Source: a virus
Reading direction: 5' to 3' (one strand)
IMG/VR virus record: IMGVR_UViG_3300006071_000030
DNA length: 39,019 nucleotides
Shown here: positions 9,790 through 19,490 of the stretch, one piece after another
How the letters are laid out: each line of letters starts with the position of its first letter
Numbering within the stretch: position 1 is the stretch's first letter
Program-made: the position numbers and the translations under genes
Notes under the pieces: model-generated
The model's input: the letters and a program-made list of their open reading frames with translations, nothing else
The model's database searches: none
What the model was told of the DNA's origin: nothing

Positions 9790-10353
9790 TTATTGGGCAA
9801 TCACCAATTCGTAGTCGCCCTTGCGCTCTACAGAGGCAGTGCGGTCGTCCCAAACAACAGCGAACTCAGCATCACCAACGGCAATAACCGTACCGGCGAT
9901 CTTCGTAGTGGGTGTCTCAGCAACGACTCGAGCATTGACCAAAGAACCAGTCTTAGCGTTAGCTACAAGACCAAGTGTGAAGTCAGGGTGAGCTTGGTTG
10001 GTACGGAAGCCACTGGCTTGGCTAGCAAGCTTGCTGGCAGCCTTAGCAGGGGCAAGTTGCAAGTCTTGTGTGCCAGCAACCTCGGGCTCCATAACCATGA
10101 GAGCACGGTCCTGAGCAGGGTTAGACAGGTCATTGCCCTGCATACCTTCATCAACATAACGCTGGATCTGGTCGCCCAGGCCCTGACGCTGCTGCATGTA
10201 GGCGTCCATGTTCTTCTCGAAGTGGTTGCTGTCCTGGTCGATGAAGTCACCAATCCATTGCTGGCTAGGGTCCATAAAGTTAACATCGGGGTTGGCATCG
10301 GCTGCTGTCTTGTCGAACAGTTCAGCTACTTTAATATTCAAACGGGGTTCCAT
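9790..10353 (-). CDS. hypothetical protein (187 aa); candidate abundant virion protein (scaffold/decoration?)
   Basis: AGGAG Shine-Dalgarno upstream, and preceded by a hairpin at 10373..10394. Confidence 0.55.
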   Translation of the reverse strand: MEPRLNIKVAELFDKTAADANPDVNFMDPSQQWIGDFIDQDSNHFEKNMDAYMQQRQGLGDQIQRYVDEGMQGNDLSNPAQDRALMVMEPEVAGTQDLQLAPAKAASKLASQASGFRTNQAHPDFTLGLVANAKTGSLVNARVVAETPTTKIAGTVIAVGDAEFAVVWDDRTASVERKGDYELVIAQ

Positions 10354-10372
10354 TGGTTTCTCCTGTGCGTGG

Positions 10373-10394
10373 ATACATACACTACGGTATGTAT
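10373..10394. other. hairpin ATACATAC-actacg-GTATGTAT (8-bp stem) in the intergenic region upstream of the 187-aa gene
   Basis: Perfect inverted repeat read directly. No U-tract follows on the gene strand, so it is more likely a processing or regulatory structure than a terminator. Confidence 0.4.
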
Positions 10395-10412
10395 TGTTGA
10401 TAATTACATTGT

Positions 10413-10901
10413 CTACTTGCTAGGCGGATTCGGCGCACCTGTGTTATCAGCGTCATATTCCTCTGATTTATTAACACGGCTTGCTTCTTCTACAGCAGGC
10501 GATTTCTTCATTTTTGTTAAGCCATTTGGCTCTGGGTGAGCAAAATAACGCATTTTCGATGCAAAAGCCCAAACATCATCATCTTCTTGAACGCTGGCAG
10601 TCATCACAGGCTGTTCAGTGTGTGCAGATAAATTATCTGAGTATGGACTACGAAGATCTTTGGTAAGCAAATTCTGCAATGAGAAGTCATAGTTATCTTG
10701 CTTAGCACCACCTGAGTTCATCAGGCAATATCCGTGTGAGTACAGTGGGCGCCTACCATCGACTGCAGTACCGTCCACAAGTACCTTACCCAAACCATCA
10801 GTGAATGATGGCATATCACAGAAACGGCAAGGTACTCCTGCAGGAGCGTCTTTTGGCTCTACGTAGCTTCTTTTACGGTTCATGTTATCCCTCGTCTTCA
10901 T
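10413..10901 (-). CDS. hypothetical protein (162 aa)
   Basis: ORF overlaps the upstream 801-aa gene by 17 nt. Contains a CRFC motif. Confidence 0.5.
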   Translation of the reverse strand: MKTRDNMNRKRSYVEPKDAPAGVPCRFCDMPSFTDGLGKVLVDGTAVDGRRPLYSHGYCLMNSGGAKQDNYDFSLQNLLTKDLRSPYSDNLSAHTEQPVMTASVQEDDDVWAFASKMRYFAHPEPNGLTKMKKSPAVEEASRVNKSEEYDADNTGAPNPPSK

Positions 10902-13290
10902 CTTCTACATCAAACCCAGCAGCTCTCATACCACCATTGATGTGACCTTCGTTGTGGATGCCATCCGCAACATTCTCTTGCTCTTCGTGGCTCATGTTAC
11001 GGCCATTCTTCTTAAAGAATTGCTTGTTGACCGTGTCAACCATGCCATCAACGTCTCTATCTGAAATCTCTGGTGCTGCGCCACGGTTGAGTCGACCAGG
11101 CATTTGTGCAGACATTGGTGCGTCAAAGCTAGGACTTTCAACAGACTTCTTGTAAGGAGCATCAGCAATGATAAATCTCTGCTTGTCCTTCTCGCTTACA
11201 TTGCCTGATGGGATACTGCGTATTTCTGGTGGAATCAGGTTGTAAGGGTGGTGCTCTGGTACTCCATACGTGTCTTCAAACTCGTGACCAAGACTTCTAA
11301 GTCGTCGTCTAGCTTCATTGTTAGGCGTAGTGAGCATGTGGTGCTTGATACCCTCAGTGCTCAATCCTGTTGGCTTAACGTGCTTAACGATAACCTGGAC
11401 CTTTGATTCTGGGTTGCTAACGTAATTGCGAGTACCATCTGGGTTTTTGCTGTCGCTTGTTAATAGATCTTTCTTTTGCATAGTTGTCTGGACATCGCCC
11501 ACAACTTGAACGTGTTGTGAGTTAAGACGGTCCATTCTTGCAACCTGGCTAATGTGACAAGCGAAAGGAACTGCAGTTGTTCTTCTTGCGGTAGATCTTT
11601 CACCAACGATTGGTTGAATGCTATCAAGCGCATCAGAGATGTGGTTCTGCAAAGGTCCTCGGACAGCTTTGTCACGCTGACTACTGAATGTACTGTTTAC
11701 AGTTGCGCCCTTTGAGAACATGGTCTTACGACGACCGCCGTATTGCCCCTTAAGCTGTTCTCTGAGGGCATCACGCTCATCTTTAGCAGTGGTTCCCCAG
11801 TGAACACCTTCGACGTATTGCCCATCGTGGCTAACGTTTGTGACAACACCAAATACGTGCTTGCCTTGGAAACCACCACTGCTAGCAGACTCATCACGCT
11901 TGAGTCTTTGTCTGTTCGGGCTCTTTGTAAAGTTCTTTTGTTCACGGATATTATTAGCAGCTTCTACCTGGTTTGTCCAGTCTTCGTAGTCCTGCTTAAA
12001 TTGCTCATCGTGAGCACCATTCTTGTACTTAGAATCACCAGGAGTAGGCATGCCTGGCACGTGCACGGTTGCACCCCATTGAGGTGCCTTATACATCGTG
12101 TTAGGGACAGCCTTCTCACCAGGTGCTGTCTCGTATGCAGAATCTTGAGGCTGCTCAGCATGTAATGCGGCATTTGGCTCATTCGTATCCCAACCAAGGT
12201 GCCAGATAGGAGTACCACGTCTGATCTCTTGTCTAGGGTGACCACCCATAATCTCCAAGGCAGGAGCGATGTTATCCTTTTCACCAACCACTGCTCTATA
12301 GGCAGCAAAAGCCATGGTATTTGGGCTTGACTTGCTACCCGCGAACGCTACGTGGCGTGGGATCTTAGGGTCTGTGCACTTTTCGCAACCATTAGTACAG
12401 TCGCAGTTATCACGAACAGAATCAACATACTTGCCACGTTCAATGTCAGCAGCACCCATTGGGCCGCCTTCACCGGTCTCAAAGTCACCTTGTCCTAAGT
12501 GGTGATCACAACCTGATTGACAATGCCAATCCTTGCCTTCATCGAATGTTTGTTCGTGTCTACAATTAAAGTCGGTGCATTCACTCTCAGGGTGGCAAGC
12601 CTTCTCTACGATGTTGCCATTCTTGTCTTTTTTATCTTTTTTGTGATTAAGAACTGCCTTATTAACAGGACAATTAGTATCGCACATTCCAGCCAAGCAG
12701 TGAGTGTTGTGCCAGTTAACAGCATCATTGTGGCGCCTAGTCTCTTCGTTGACATTTGTCATTCTATCGAAGGTGCCAGCATGTTCTCTTGGCTCATGAT
12801 AACCTAAGTTGCCACAAGTAATGCATTCAATCTGATCGTGAGATCTATCTGCTGGAGCCTCTGGGAAGCCGCCGTGCATCTTGCCCTTACAAGTAGGGCA
12901 TGGGAATGCTGAGATTGCTGTAAGCACAGGAATCTTCATAGCTGCTTTGATGTAATTACGGTTGCTCAAATGGTCGCTTGGTACAACTGCAGTCTCCTGC
13001 AACTTTCTTGACTCTGGTGAGTTCTCAACGAACTTAACCTTCTGGCCCTTTGGGACTCTGATGCTCTTTTTGTCCTCAACGGTTCCTGGAGTGTGATACG
13101 TAAGGTCGCCAAACTCTTCTTGCTTCTTAGTCTTCTTCTTTTCCTTTTCCTTGCGCTGTCTAGCAACAGGCTCAGGCTCATAGGAAGAGAAGCCAGAATC
13201 ACCGAGCTGTTCAGGGGTCAATGCACTGTATTCACCATACTCATCCTCGGGGAAAGAAGCAGTCTTTGAGTTGAAGATTGGTCTATTCAT
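10885..13290 (-). CDS. large Cys/His-rich hypothetical protein (801 aa), possible internal virion/metal-binding protein
   Basis: Central region packed with CxxC, HxH and CxC motifs (CPTCKGK, CITCGN, CDTNCP, CRHE, CQSGCDHH, CDCTNGCEKC). Start overlaps the upstream stop as ATGAATAG. Confidence 0.65.
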   Translation of the reverse strand: MNRPIFNSKTASFPEDEYGEYSALTPEQLGDSGFSSYEPEPVARQRKEKEKKKTKKQEEFGDLTYHTPGTVEDKKSIRVPKGQKVKFVENSPESRKLQETAVVPSDHLSNRNYIKAAMKIPVLTAISAFPCPTCKGKMHGGFPEAPADRSHDQIECITCGNLGYHEPREHAGTFDRMTNVNEETRRHNDAVNWHNTHCLAGMCDTNCPVNKAVLNHKKDKKDKNGNIVEKACHPESECTDFNCRHEQTFDEGKDWHCQSGCDHHLGQGDFETGEGGPMGAADIERGKYVDSVRDNCDCTNGCEKCTDPKIPRHVAFAGSKSSPNTMAFAAYRAVVGEKDNIAPALEIMGGHPRQEIRRGTPIWHLGWDTNEPNAALHAEQPQDSAYETAPGEKAVPNTMYKAPQWGATVHVPGMPTPGDSKYKNGAHDEQFKQDYEDWTNQVEAANNIREQKNFTKSPNRQRLKRDESASSGGFQGKHVFGVVTNVSHDGQYVEGVHWGTTAKDERDALREQLKGQYGGRRKTMFSKGATVNSTFSSQRDKAVRGPLQNHISDALDSIQPIVGERSTARRTTAVPFACHISQVARMDRLNSQHVQVVGDVQTTMQKKDLLTSDSKNPDGTRNYVSNPESKVQVIVKHVKPTGLSTEGIKHHMLTTPNNEARRRLRSLGHEFEDTYGVPEHHPYNLIPPEIRSIPSGNVSEKDKQRFIIADAPYKKSVESPSFDAPMSAQMPGRLNRGAAPEISDRDVDGMVDTVNKQFFKKNGRNMSHEEQENVADGIHNEGHINGGMRAAGFDVEDEDEG

Positions 13291-15739
13291 TTGCTGGCTC
13301 TTCTACCTTCGCTGGGCTAATGGACCAGCTATCCGTTTGGTGTGTTGGGAACTTAGAAACAGATTGCTTAAAAGTTTCTTTTGCTGCGGGGCCACTGAAA
13401 CGTTCAATCTGTTCAGCTAACTTATTTGATGCCTTTGTAGCTTCTTCCATGTTTCCATGAGAAATGTGCTTGTACAATTCATCCTTAGTTTGATTGTAAC
13501 GTCCAGTTGATGCATCTGGCAATGAGTTAACAGTCTTTTCTACAGAAGATACACCTTCACGCATGTGCTCCGGGAATGCTTCAGGGTCGTGCTGGAACGT
13601 GGGCTGAGCAGCTCTCATCTTACGCTCGACTTTGTTGCTCATGTATGGAGGCAGCAAGTCAGGGAATGTACCGAACTCTTTAGACACTTCCTTAACAAGA
13701 GCAAGGTCTTTTGATGGTGCTGTGTAATGAGCATTCGGTGCTTTCCAGTGCTGCTCACTTTGACGAACAATCTGGTTCATACGCTCTTCAGGAATGTCAA
13801 TACCATTCTTCATCATTCCGCTAACAAGGCGCTGATCAAGTGGTGCATCGCTCTTCATGTCTTCTACACTTGAACCAAGCTTGCCCTTGTATGTTTCCAT
13901 AGTGGTCTGGCCAGTTGATGGGTCAATGTAATTAGGGAAGTGATCAAAACTGTGAGGGTTATCTGCTGTTCCTAGGCCACCGTATTGATTAGCAAACACT
14001 GCTTGTACGTGTCTCTTAGGCAAGTAGAACCCTGGTTTGCCACCCTTTGTCCTAGCACCATGGATGATGCGAGTGCCTGGGGGCAATGTGTTTGGGTCTG
14101 CGGCGCTTCTGATGTGACATGGGCATGGCAAGTTAGTAGGTTTGCCATCCTTATCGAACATCTCCTGGTCGTCATGCTCGCAGTTCTTGCAATCATCACG
14201 TCTCAAGTGTGAATAGTGGTCAACACCAGTATTACCAACACCAGTACCAGAAAGTGGCATGTTGATCTCTGCGTTGCCATAGAAATCATCTGCGTATCCG
14301 TGCGTAGGAGGCTTCTTCTTCTTAATTACCTTTGGACCATCTACTGTCTTATCGATCAGAGTACCATCGCAGTGTGGGCAAACGTTATCAGGTGTCAAGG
14401 CAATGCTTGAGTCATCTGAGTGGCAGTTGTCGCAACTGATAGCGGAAGTATCATGTCCAGTAGCGTTGCAAGCAACACATGGGGTTGACTTTGCACCATC
14501 TTCGGTGAACTTATCACCCTTGCAAATCTTGCAAAGAGGTGCATCTTCTGGATTAACGTACTTTTGCTTACCGCCACCAAGGCCAATAGTGTGAGGTACC
14601 AAGATGGGGTTACCAGCACTGTCCGTGCTTTCCTTCATGTTAACATTGCCCTTGAAACAGCAACGGCAACCTACGATGTTATCATTCTGGTTGGAATTGA
14701 TTTTACCATCACCACATGCGCACGAAGGGTGCTCCTCATGTGTAGTAGTTTCCCAGTCTCCAACAGTCTGCTGACCAGCTTTAAGCGTCTCATATCTGGT
14801 GTAACGCTTTACATGATCTCCGCCAGGCGTAAAGTGGATCATAGGCATATAGGTGCCTTCTGGGCCACCTTCATCGAATGCATGAGCTAGCTCTACACTC
14901 TTTTGACCCTTGCCGTTATCTACTTCACGATATGCTTTAAGTAGCGGGTTCTGCAGGAGTCTTTCCTTGTAGCCGGGTGTTGTGCCATGAACCATCTGTG
15001 GCAGCTGCTCTGGTTCCTTGCCTTTAGGACCGTGTGGGACTTCACAACCGTTCTCTGAGTCTCCGCCACAAACACAAAGGCTTCCACCTCTTTTGTATGG
15101 ACCGGTGCCGAGAGCCATTGACATAAGGTGGTCGATTGCATCACCCTTGTGTGTAGCAATCGTATTTGCTACCGAATCAGGGTCTAGACTTTCAGTTTCT
15201 GCTCCAACACCACGTGCTCTTTGCTTCCTACCTTGCGCATTGGCACGTAATAGCTTATCAGTAGCAGTGCTAATGTTTTCGCCTTTTGCTCTGCGTCTGA
15301 AACCAATCATGCCATGCGGAGCAAGCTCGAGAAGCTTGTCAGCGTTTTCGTGTTGTGAGTACTGTGATCTAGGAATTCTAATCATCTTGTATTCACCACT
15401 GCGCATCAAGTCTTGCTTGAGCTCACGGGCGTAGTCACCACCACGTTCATTTTCACCTGAATACTTAGGCAAGTCTTTGTGGATGAATTCGTAACGCTTA
15501 GGTTCTGCAGTTGGGTTGTTAATGGGGTGGTAGTCGTTGTCACCAAATTGGATAGCAAAAGGGGCGTCATTGAATTCTTCAGCCTGGGTACGTCGCTTTT
15601 CGACAGACTTGCGCTTCTTTCTTGCTTCACTCTCAGCCTTTTGATATTCTCTCTGCTTCTTGTTTACAAAGATGCGATCATCGTTACTGGCGGAAGTCTT
15701 AACGTATTCTATGTTCTTATTAAAAACAAACTTATTCAT
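13283..15739 (-). CDS. large Cys/His-rich hypothetical protein (818 aa), paralogous in style to the 801-aa neighbour
   Basis: Dense CxxC clusters (CVCGGDSENGC, SCACGDG, CRCC, CKICKG, CVACNATGH, CDNCH, CPHCDG, CKNCEH). Basic N-terminus. Confidence 0.65.
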   Translation of the reverse strand: MNKFVFNKNIEYVKTSASNDDRIFVNKKQREYQKAESEARKKRKSVEKRRTQAEEFNDAPFAIQFGDNDYHPINNPTAEPKRYEFIHKDLPKYSGENERGGDYARELKQDLMRSGEYKMIRIPRSQYSQHENADKLLELAPHGMIGFRRRAKGENISTATDKLLRANAQGRKQRARGVGAETESLDPDSVANTIATHKGDAIDHLMSMALGTGPYKRGGSLCVCGGDSENGCEVPHGPKGKEPEQLPQMVHGTTPGYKERLLQNPLLKAYREVDNGKGQKSVELAHAFDEGGPEGTYMPMIHFTPGGDHVKRYTRYETLKAGQQTVGDWETTTHEEHPSCACGDGKINSNQNDNIVGCRCCFKGNVNMKESTDSAGNPILVPHTIGLGGGKQKYVNPEDAPLCKICKGDKFTEDGAKSTPCVACNATGHDTSAISCDNCHSDDSSIALTPDNVCPHCDGTLIDKTVDGPKVIKKKKPPTHGYADDFYGNAEINMPLSGTGVGNTGVDHYSHLRRDDCKNCEHDDQEMFDKDGKPTNLPCPCHIRSAADPNTLPPGTRIIHGARTKGGKPGFYLPKRHVQAVFANQYGGLGTADNPHSFDHFPNYIDPSTGQTTMETYKGKLGSSVEDMKSDAPLDQRLVSGMMKNGIDIPEERMNQIVRQSEQHWKAPNAHYTAPSKDLALVKEVSKEFGTFPDLLPPYMSNKVERKMRAAQPTFQHDPEAFPEHMREGVSSVEKTVNSLPDASTGRYNQTKDELYKHISHGNMEEATKASNKLAEQIERFSGPAAKETFKQSVSKFPTHQTDSWSISPAKVEEPANE

Positions 15740-15741
15740 TA

Positions 15742-16524
15742 TTAACTTTCGTCTTCCTCGAGGTCATTAACATCGAACATTCTTTGTACCTTTGCCCCAG
15801 GTATATTAACTGTTGGTGTATTAGATGGTTGGTTACTTGGTGGCGTAGCTTCAGGAACTGTTTGAACCTTACGCTCTCTTCTCTTTGGCGTAGGTGTTTC
15901 ATCGACTGGTGTCGTTGATTCCTCAGAGTTATAACCCTTAACCTTTGACTTCGGCATCTTAATATCATGCTTTGGTGCTTCATCATCGGCAGATAAATAA
16001 GTAACACCTGTAGTTACTGTCTGATATGGTGTTGGTGTTGTAACTGGAGCATCGCTGTCTTGTATACCACGAGTTCTAGAACGTTCTTTGTTCCTAACAA
16101 CTCGTCTCTTCGTTTCGCTCTTCAAGCTACTTACAGCACGCTCAGTCTTGTTAATGTTCCTATTTTCAATGCGTTGATCTGTCTTACCAGATTCGCCTGG
16201 GTTCAGACCAGATGGACGCTGGTTAGCAACAGCATGTTCCATCTCAACGATTTCATTACCAACAAAAAGAGCATGGTTTGCGCATGTGTGAACCTGTGTC
16301 ACTCCAGATGGAGTGTAAATGAATTCACCATCTTTGTTCTCTGCTACGCCACCACGCTCGTAGCTCTTAGCACCTTTTGCTCTAGCTTTCAAAGCTTTCC
16401 TAGAAGAACGCTGGATGCTATCGCACGGGCCCAGAGAATCATATTTCTTCGCTTGTTCTGGAGCTAAGCTATCTCTAAGATCAGCTATGCAGCAACGCTT
16501 TCCCATATTAACATGCGTATCCAT
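15742..16524 (-). CDS. basic Thr/Pro-rich hypothetical protein (260 aa)
   Basis: ORF packed between neighbours with a 1-nt start/stop overlap at 16524. Confidence 0.55.
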   Translation of the reverse strand: MDTHVNMGKRCCIADLRDSLAPEQAKKYDSLGPCDSIQRSSRKALKARAKGAKSYERGGVAENKDGEFIYTPSGVTQVHTCANHALFVGNEIVEMEHAVANQRPSGLNPGESGKTDQRIENRNINKTERAVSSLKSETKRRVVRNKERSRTRGIQDSDAPVTTPTPYQTVTTGVTYLSADDEAPKHDIKMPKSKVKGYNSEESTTPVDETPTPKRRERKVQTVPEATPPSNQPSNTPTVNIPGAKVQRMFDVNDLEEDES

Positions 16525-17753
16525 TATTGATCTCCCTTGCAGCGGTAAGACTCAGCAATAAATTTGTCAACACGGTCAAATTTATTGCCAGGGTAGCTAT
16601 CTGGAAATGGAGCGGTTTTGATTTTAGCGATGCCACTCTTGTAATCATCACTTTGCTTAATCTTGGAGATGTTTTCTGGTGTTTCAAAGCCTCTTCTTTT
16701 TTCACAACCACAAAAGACGTGTGACTCTTGCTTAGTAGGCGTTGAGGGTGTAGACGCAGGAAGCAATGCTTGCTCTTCTCTTTTTTGCCTTATTTGCTTT
16801 ATTTCGTCGAAAGTGTCTTTGAAGGCACCTGCGTAACCAGTACCTTCTTGCTCTCCGCGTCTTACAAGCATCTTATTGATAGATTCAATGTTTTGACGAC
16901 CCTTCATTGCAAGCACTCGGTCTTGACCCTGCACACCGTGTTCGGGGATAGCAATGGTAGTCTTACGTGATGGTTTGCTAGCAGGCACTCTAGAAGTTCC
17001 AGAAGACGCGCTTGAGTCATCGTCTTCAAAGTCTTCTAACTCTGGTACGTGTTCTTCTGGGGTTTCATCAGTGGGAGCAGACTTTGTCTTATTGAACTTC
17101 TTATTGACAGGTGGCAATGCCTGGATAGGAATACCCTTATCTTCTTCCTGATCACCTTCATGTTCTTCTTCGTGAGAAACATTCTCTGGGATTTCTTCTT
17201 CAGCTTCTTCAGCTTCGTGAGGAGATTCTTCTTCTGGGTGTCCAGGAAGCGTTTCAGGATCGTAAGTGAACTTACCTACTTGTTCTTCTTCAGCTTTCTC
17301 TTCATCATTGGGTTCTGTATCAACTTGTTCTGGCTCTTTGTCTTCAGTTGCATCAGACCATTCTTCCTGCTTGCCTTCGTAGTCATCAGGATCGTAATCG
17401 TCGCTAGAAGCGTTGAAAAGCATTTTGAATGTGGCTGTCTTGCCCAAAGATGGCAATGCAATAATATTTGCTTTTTTCAAGAACTCAATAGATTCAGGAG
17501 AATATTTGATCGTGCCAGGCGTTTGGCCCTGCTTATTCAAAATGTCTTTAAGAGCGTCTTCTTCGCTGGTATAAAGCTTTTTAGGCGTTGAAACTGACGT
17601 AGGAGCAGTAGGGTGCTCTGTTCTCTTATATTTTCTAGGCCCTGGTTCTTTTTGCCCTGATTGTGTGTTATCTTTTCTCAAATACCACTCAGGGTCTCCA
17701 TTACTAATGGCACCCGTACCCGAAGAGTACTTAGAATTAAATGTTTTAGCCAT
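16524..17753 (-). CDS. highly acidic low-complexity protein (409 aa); scaffold-like or internal protein
   Basis: Long Glu/Asp-rich stretches (EEEQ, EEESPHEAEEAEEE). Confidence 0.6.
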   Translation of the reverse strand: MAKTFNSKYSSGTGAISNGDPEWYLRKDNTQSGQKEPGPRKYKRTEHPTAPTSVSTPKKLYTSEEDALKDILNKQGQTPGTIKYSPESIEFLKKANIIALPSLGKTATFKMLFNASSDDYDPDDYEGKQEEWSDATEDKEPEQVDTEPNDEEKAEEEQVGKFTYDPETLPGHPEEESPHEAEEAEEEIPENVSHEEEHEGDQEEDKGIPIQALPPVNKKFNKTKSAPTDETPEEHVPELEDFEDDDSSASSGTSRVPASKPSRKTTIAIPEHGVQGQDRVLAMKGRQNIESINKMLVRRGEQEGTGYAGAFKDTFDEIKQIRQKREEQALLPASTPSTPTKQESHVFCGCEKRRGFETPENISKIKQSDDYKSGIAKIKTAPFPDSYPGNKFDRVDKFIAESYRCKGDQ

Positions 17754-17783
17754 ATCAACCTAACGATTCAACAAAGGTTGATA

Positions 17784-18389
17784 TTACTTGTTGTATTGAT
17801 CTGGGTAGTTCTTGTGAAAAGGATTGTGCTTCATAGGGCTCGTAAACTTGTCGTGCTCTTGAGTGGGCTCAGGGTTGTTAAACTTCTTCCTGGAGTCATC
17901 AATGCCCTTGTCAACTCTGCTACCAATGCAATTGTGAAGGCCACTAGCACCACACTTCTTACAACGATCATCCTCACGTGGCTCATAGTGTTTGTGGTAA
18001 TCGTTAGGGCCAGACTTAGGATTGTACTGTGGAGGAGTCTTCTTATTAGCATTGTTGGGGTCATCACCATTACCACCAGCAAATGTGGTTTCAGCAGCAA
18101 TCTTGCAGAATTGGCAAGATGCGTGACGGAGCTGCCACTCTTCGTGTACAGCGCGTACGAGTTTAGCCTTGGAGTCACTGACGTTGGCGAGTCTGCGGTG
18201 TGCAGTGCGCTCGATGTCCTCTTCGACCATTTGCATGCGGAAAGCAAGCTCCTTATCGCTGTGAGCCATGAACAAGAAATCACCTGTGTTGGTAAGCAGC
18301 TCGTGCTTAGCAGTGACAAGCTTCTTACCAGCAAGCTTGGCATCAAATGCCATATTTACTGAGTCATCGTAATCGAACATCGAGGTCAT
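17784..18389 (-). CDS. hypothetical protein (201 aa) with CxxC...CxxC motif
   Basis: Motifs CQFCK ... CKKCGASGLHNC. It is the first gene downstream of the tRNA cluster. Confidence 0.55.
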   Translation of the reverse strand: MTSMFDYDDSVNMAFDAKLAGKKLVTAKHELLTNTGDFLFMAHSDKELAFRMQMVEEDIERTAHRRLANVSDSKAKLVRAVHEEWQLRHASCQFCKIAAETTFAGGNGDDPNNANKKTPPQYNPKSGPNDYHKHYEPREDDRCKKCGASGLHNCIGSRVDKGIDDSRKKFNNPEPTQEHDKFTSPMKHNPFHKNYPDQYNK

Positions 18390-18481
18390 CGTGTTACTCC
18401 TTATACTGTTCCCTTAGGAACGCTGGACAGTAGGCAATATATGCCTAATACCTGTTATAAGATAGAGCATGTTTTAAATGG

Positions 18482-18562
18482 TCGATGGGGAGAGATTCGA
18501 ACTCCCGTACCCGAAGGATCTGGTTTACAGCCAGACGCGATTGGCCACTCCGCCACCCATCG
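18482..18562 (-). tRNA. tRNA-Tyr (GTA), long variable arm, no encoded CCA
   Basis: Folded by hand: acceptor CGATGGG/CCCATCG, D-arm GCGG/TCGC, anticodon stem TCTGG/CCAGA with loop CTGTAAA, a 12-nt variable arm, and T-arm GGGAG-TTCGAAT-CTCTC. Confidence 0.75.
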
Positions 18563-18567
18563 ATTTG

Positions 18568-18638
18568 CTGAGGGAGAAGGACTCGAACCTTCAACAAAAG
18601 CTCCAAAGGCTCCCGTGTTGCCATTACACCATCCCTCA
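18568..18638 (-). tRNA. tRNA-Gln (TTG)
   Basis: Acceptor TGAGGGA/TCCCTCA, T-arm GAAGG-TTCGAGT-CCTTC, anticodon loop CTTTGGA. The anticodon stem has two G-U pairs. Confidence 0.6.
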
Positions 18639-18660
18639 ATGTTTATTGCATGGCATGCAG

Positions 18661-18747
18661 CGGAATGAGTAGGATTCGAACCTACGGAGGCTTTGATACC
18701 TCGCCGGTTTAGCAAACCGGTGCTTTCGACCACTCAGCCATCATTCC
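18661..18747 (-). tRNA. tRNA-Ser (GCT), long variable arm
   Basis: Acceptor GGAATGA/TCATTCC, anticodon stem CCGGT/ACCGG with loop TTGCTAA, long variable arm, T-arm GTAGG-TTCGAAT-CCTAC. Confidence 0.75.
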
Positions 18748-18752
18748 TTATG

Positions 18753-18824
18753 CTCCCAGGGTAGGGATCGAACCTACGACCGAGCGATTAACAGTCGCTT
18801 GCTCTGCCGCTGAGCTACCTGGGA
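18753..18824 (-). tRNA. tRNA-Asn (GTT)
   Basis: Acceptor TCCCAGG/CCTGGGA, D-arm GCTC/GAGC, anticodon stem AGCGA/TCGCT with loop CTGTTAA, T-arm GTAGG-TTCGATC-CCTAC. Confidence 0.75.
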
Positions 18825-18832
18825 TTGTAAAA

Positions 18833-19192
18833 CTAGTCTCCTTTGACCACTCTGATACTATCATAGTCGAAGTGTTGGGTAGAGAACTCAAATACGCGTG
18901 AATTCTCTAGACCAATGATTCTGTGACGTAAACCGACAGGTACGTGGAAAAGGTCTCCCGCATTAAGCACCTTTTCCTGTGCGAGCTCGATATCGTCTGT
19001 CTCACCGTAAAGTACGATGACCTTACCGTTCTCTACGTAGAAGGTTTCGTCCTTGATGTTGTGATAATGGTAAGAAAGCTTCTTACCCTTATTCATGTGC
19101 AAGATCTTGGCGCAGTACTTCTCAGAGTTACAAAGAATCTCTTCATAACCCCAGCCCTTTTCTACAAATTCCTTATTCAAAGAAGTCATCAC
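18833..19192 (-). CDS. cupin-domain protein (119 aa); candidate sugar(-phosphate) isomerase/epimerase
   Basis: Small cupin core (GWGYEEIL ... HYH ... FYVENG ... HVPVGLRH) with a typical metal-binding His pattern. Sits at the end of the sugar operon. Confidence 0.45.
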   Translation of the reverse strand: MMTSLNKEFVEKGWGYEEILCNSEKYCAKILHMNKGKKLSYHYHNIKDETFYVENGKVIVLYGETDDIELAQEKVLNAGDLFHVPVGLRHRIIGLENSRVFEFSTQHFDYDSIRVVKGD

Positions 19193-19490
19193 TGTTTATT
19201 CCTTTGTCATCGATGTAAAAATCAGCAGAAGGTTTACCCATGATTAGATGATGGTACTTACAACCCCATTGCTTAAGCTGACGCTCCGTAATGTCACGGA
19301 AAAGTATTTCTACAAGCTTTGGGTCATTATTTGTCCTATGCATACCTCGAGCCGTAAAATAAACGACTGTATGACCCTCTGAATAAAGCTTGTTTATCTG
19401 ATCAATACGTTCTTGAACAGGCAGTGCATTTTCATACTTACCATCAGTAAGTGTGCAGATGGTGCCATCAATATCTACAACGTATCTCAT
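19173..19490 (-). CDS. HAD-superfamily phosphatase (GmhB-like heptose bisphosphate phosphatase candidate)
   Basis: HAD motif I VDIDGT, motif II Thr in FTAR, motif III GKP, motif IV YIDDKG. Only 105 aa. Confidence 0.55.
   Translation of the reverse strand: MRYVVDIDGTICTLTDGKYENALPVQERIDQINKLYSEGHTVVYFTARGMHRTNNDPKLVEILFRDITERQLKQWGCKYHHLIMGKPSADFYIDDKGINSDDFFE

Noticed and set aside
9793-10539. 248-aa plus-strand ORF
   Set aside because: It is antisense to two well-supported minus-strand genes, with no RBS. It is a shadow ORF. The same applies to other plus-strand ORFs inside the minus-strand block (for example 17661..18362, 17049..17591, 5778..6185, 4010..4486, 15018..15434).
18441-18733. 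Short ORFs on both strands across the tRNA cluster
   Set aside because: They overlap four hand-folded tRNAs and are spurious.
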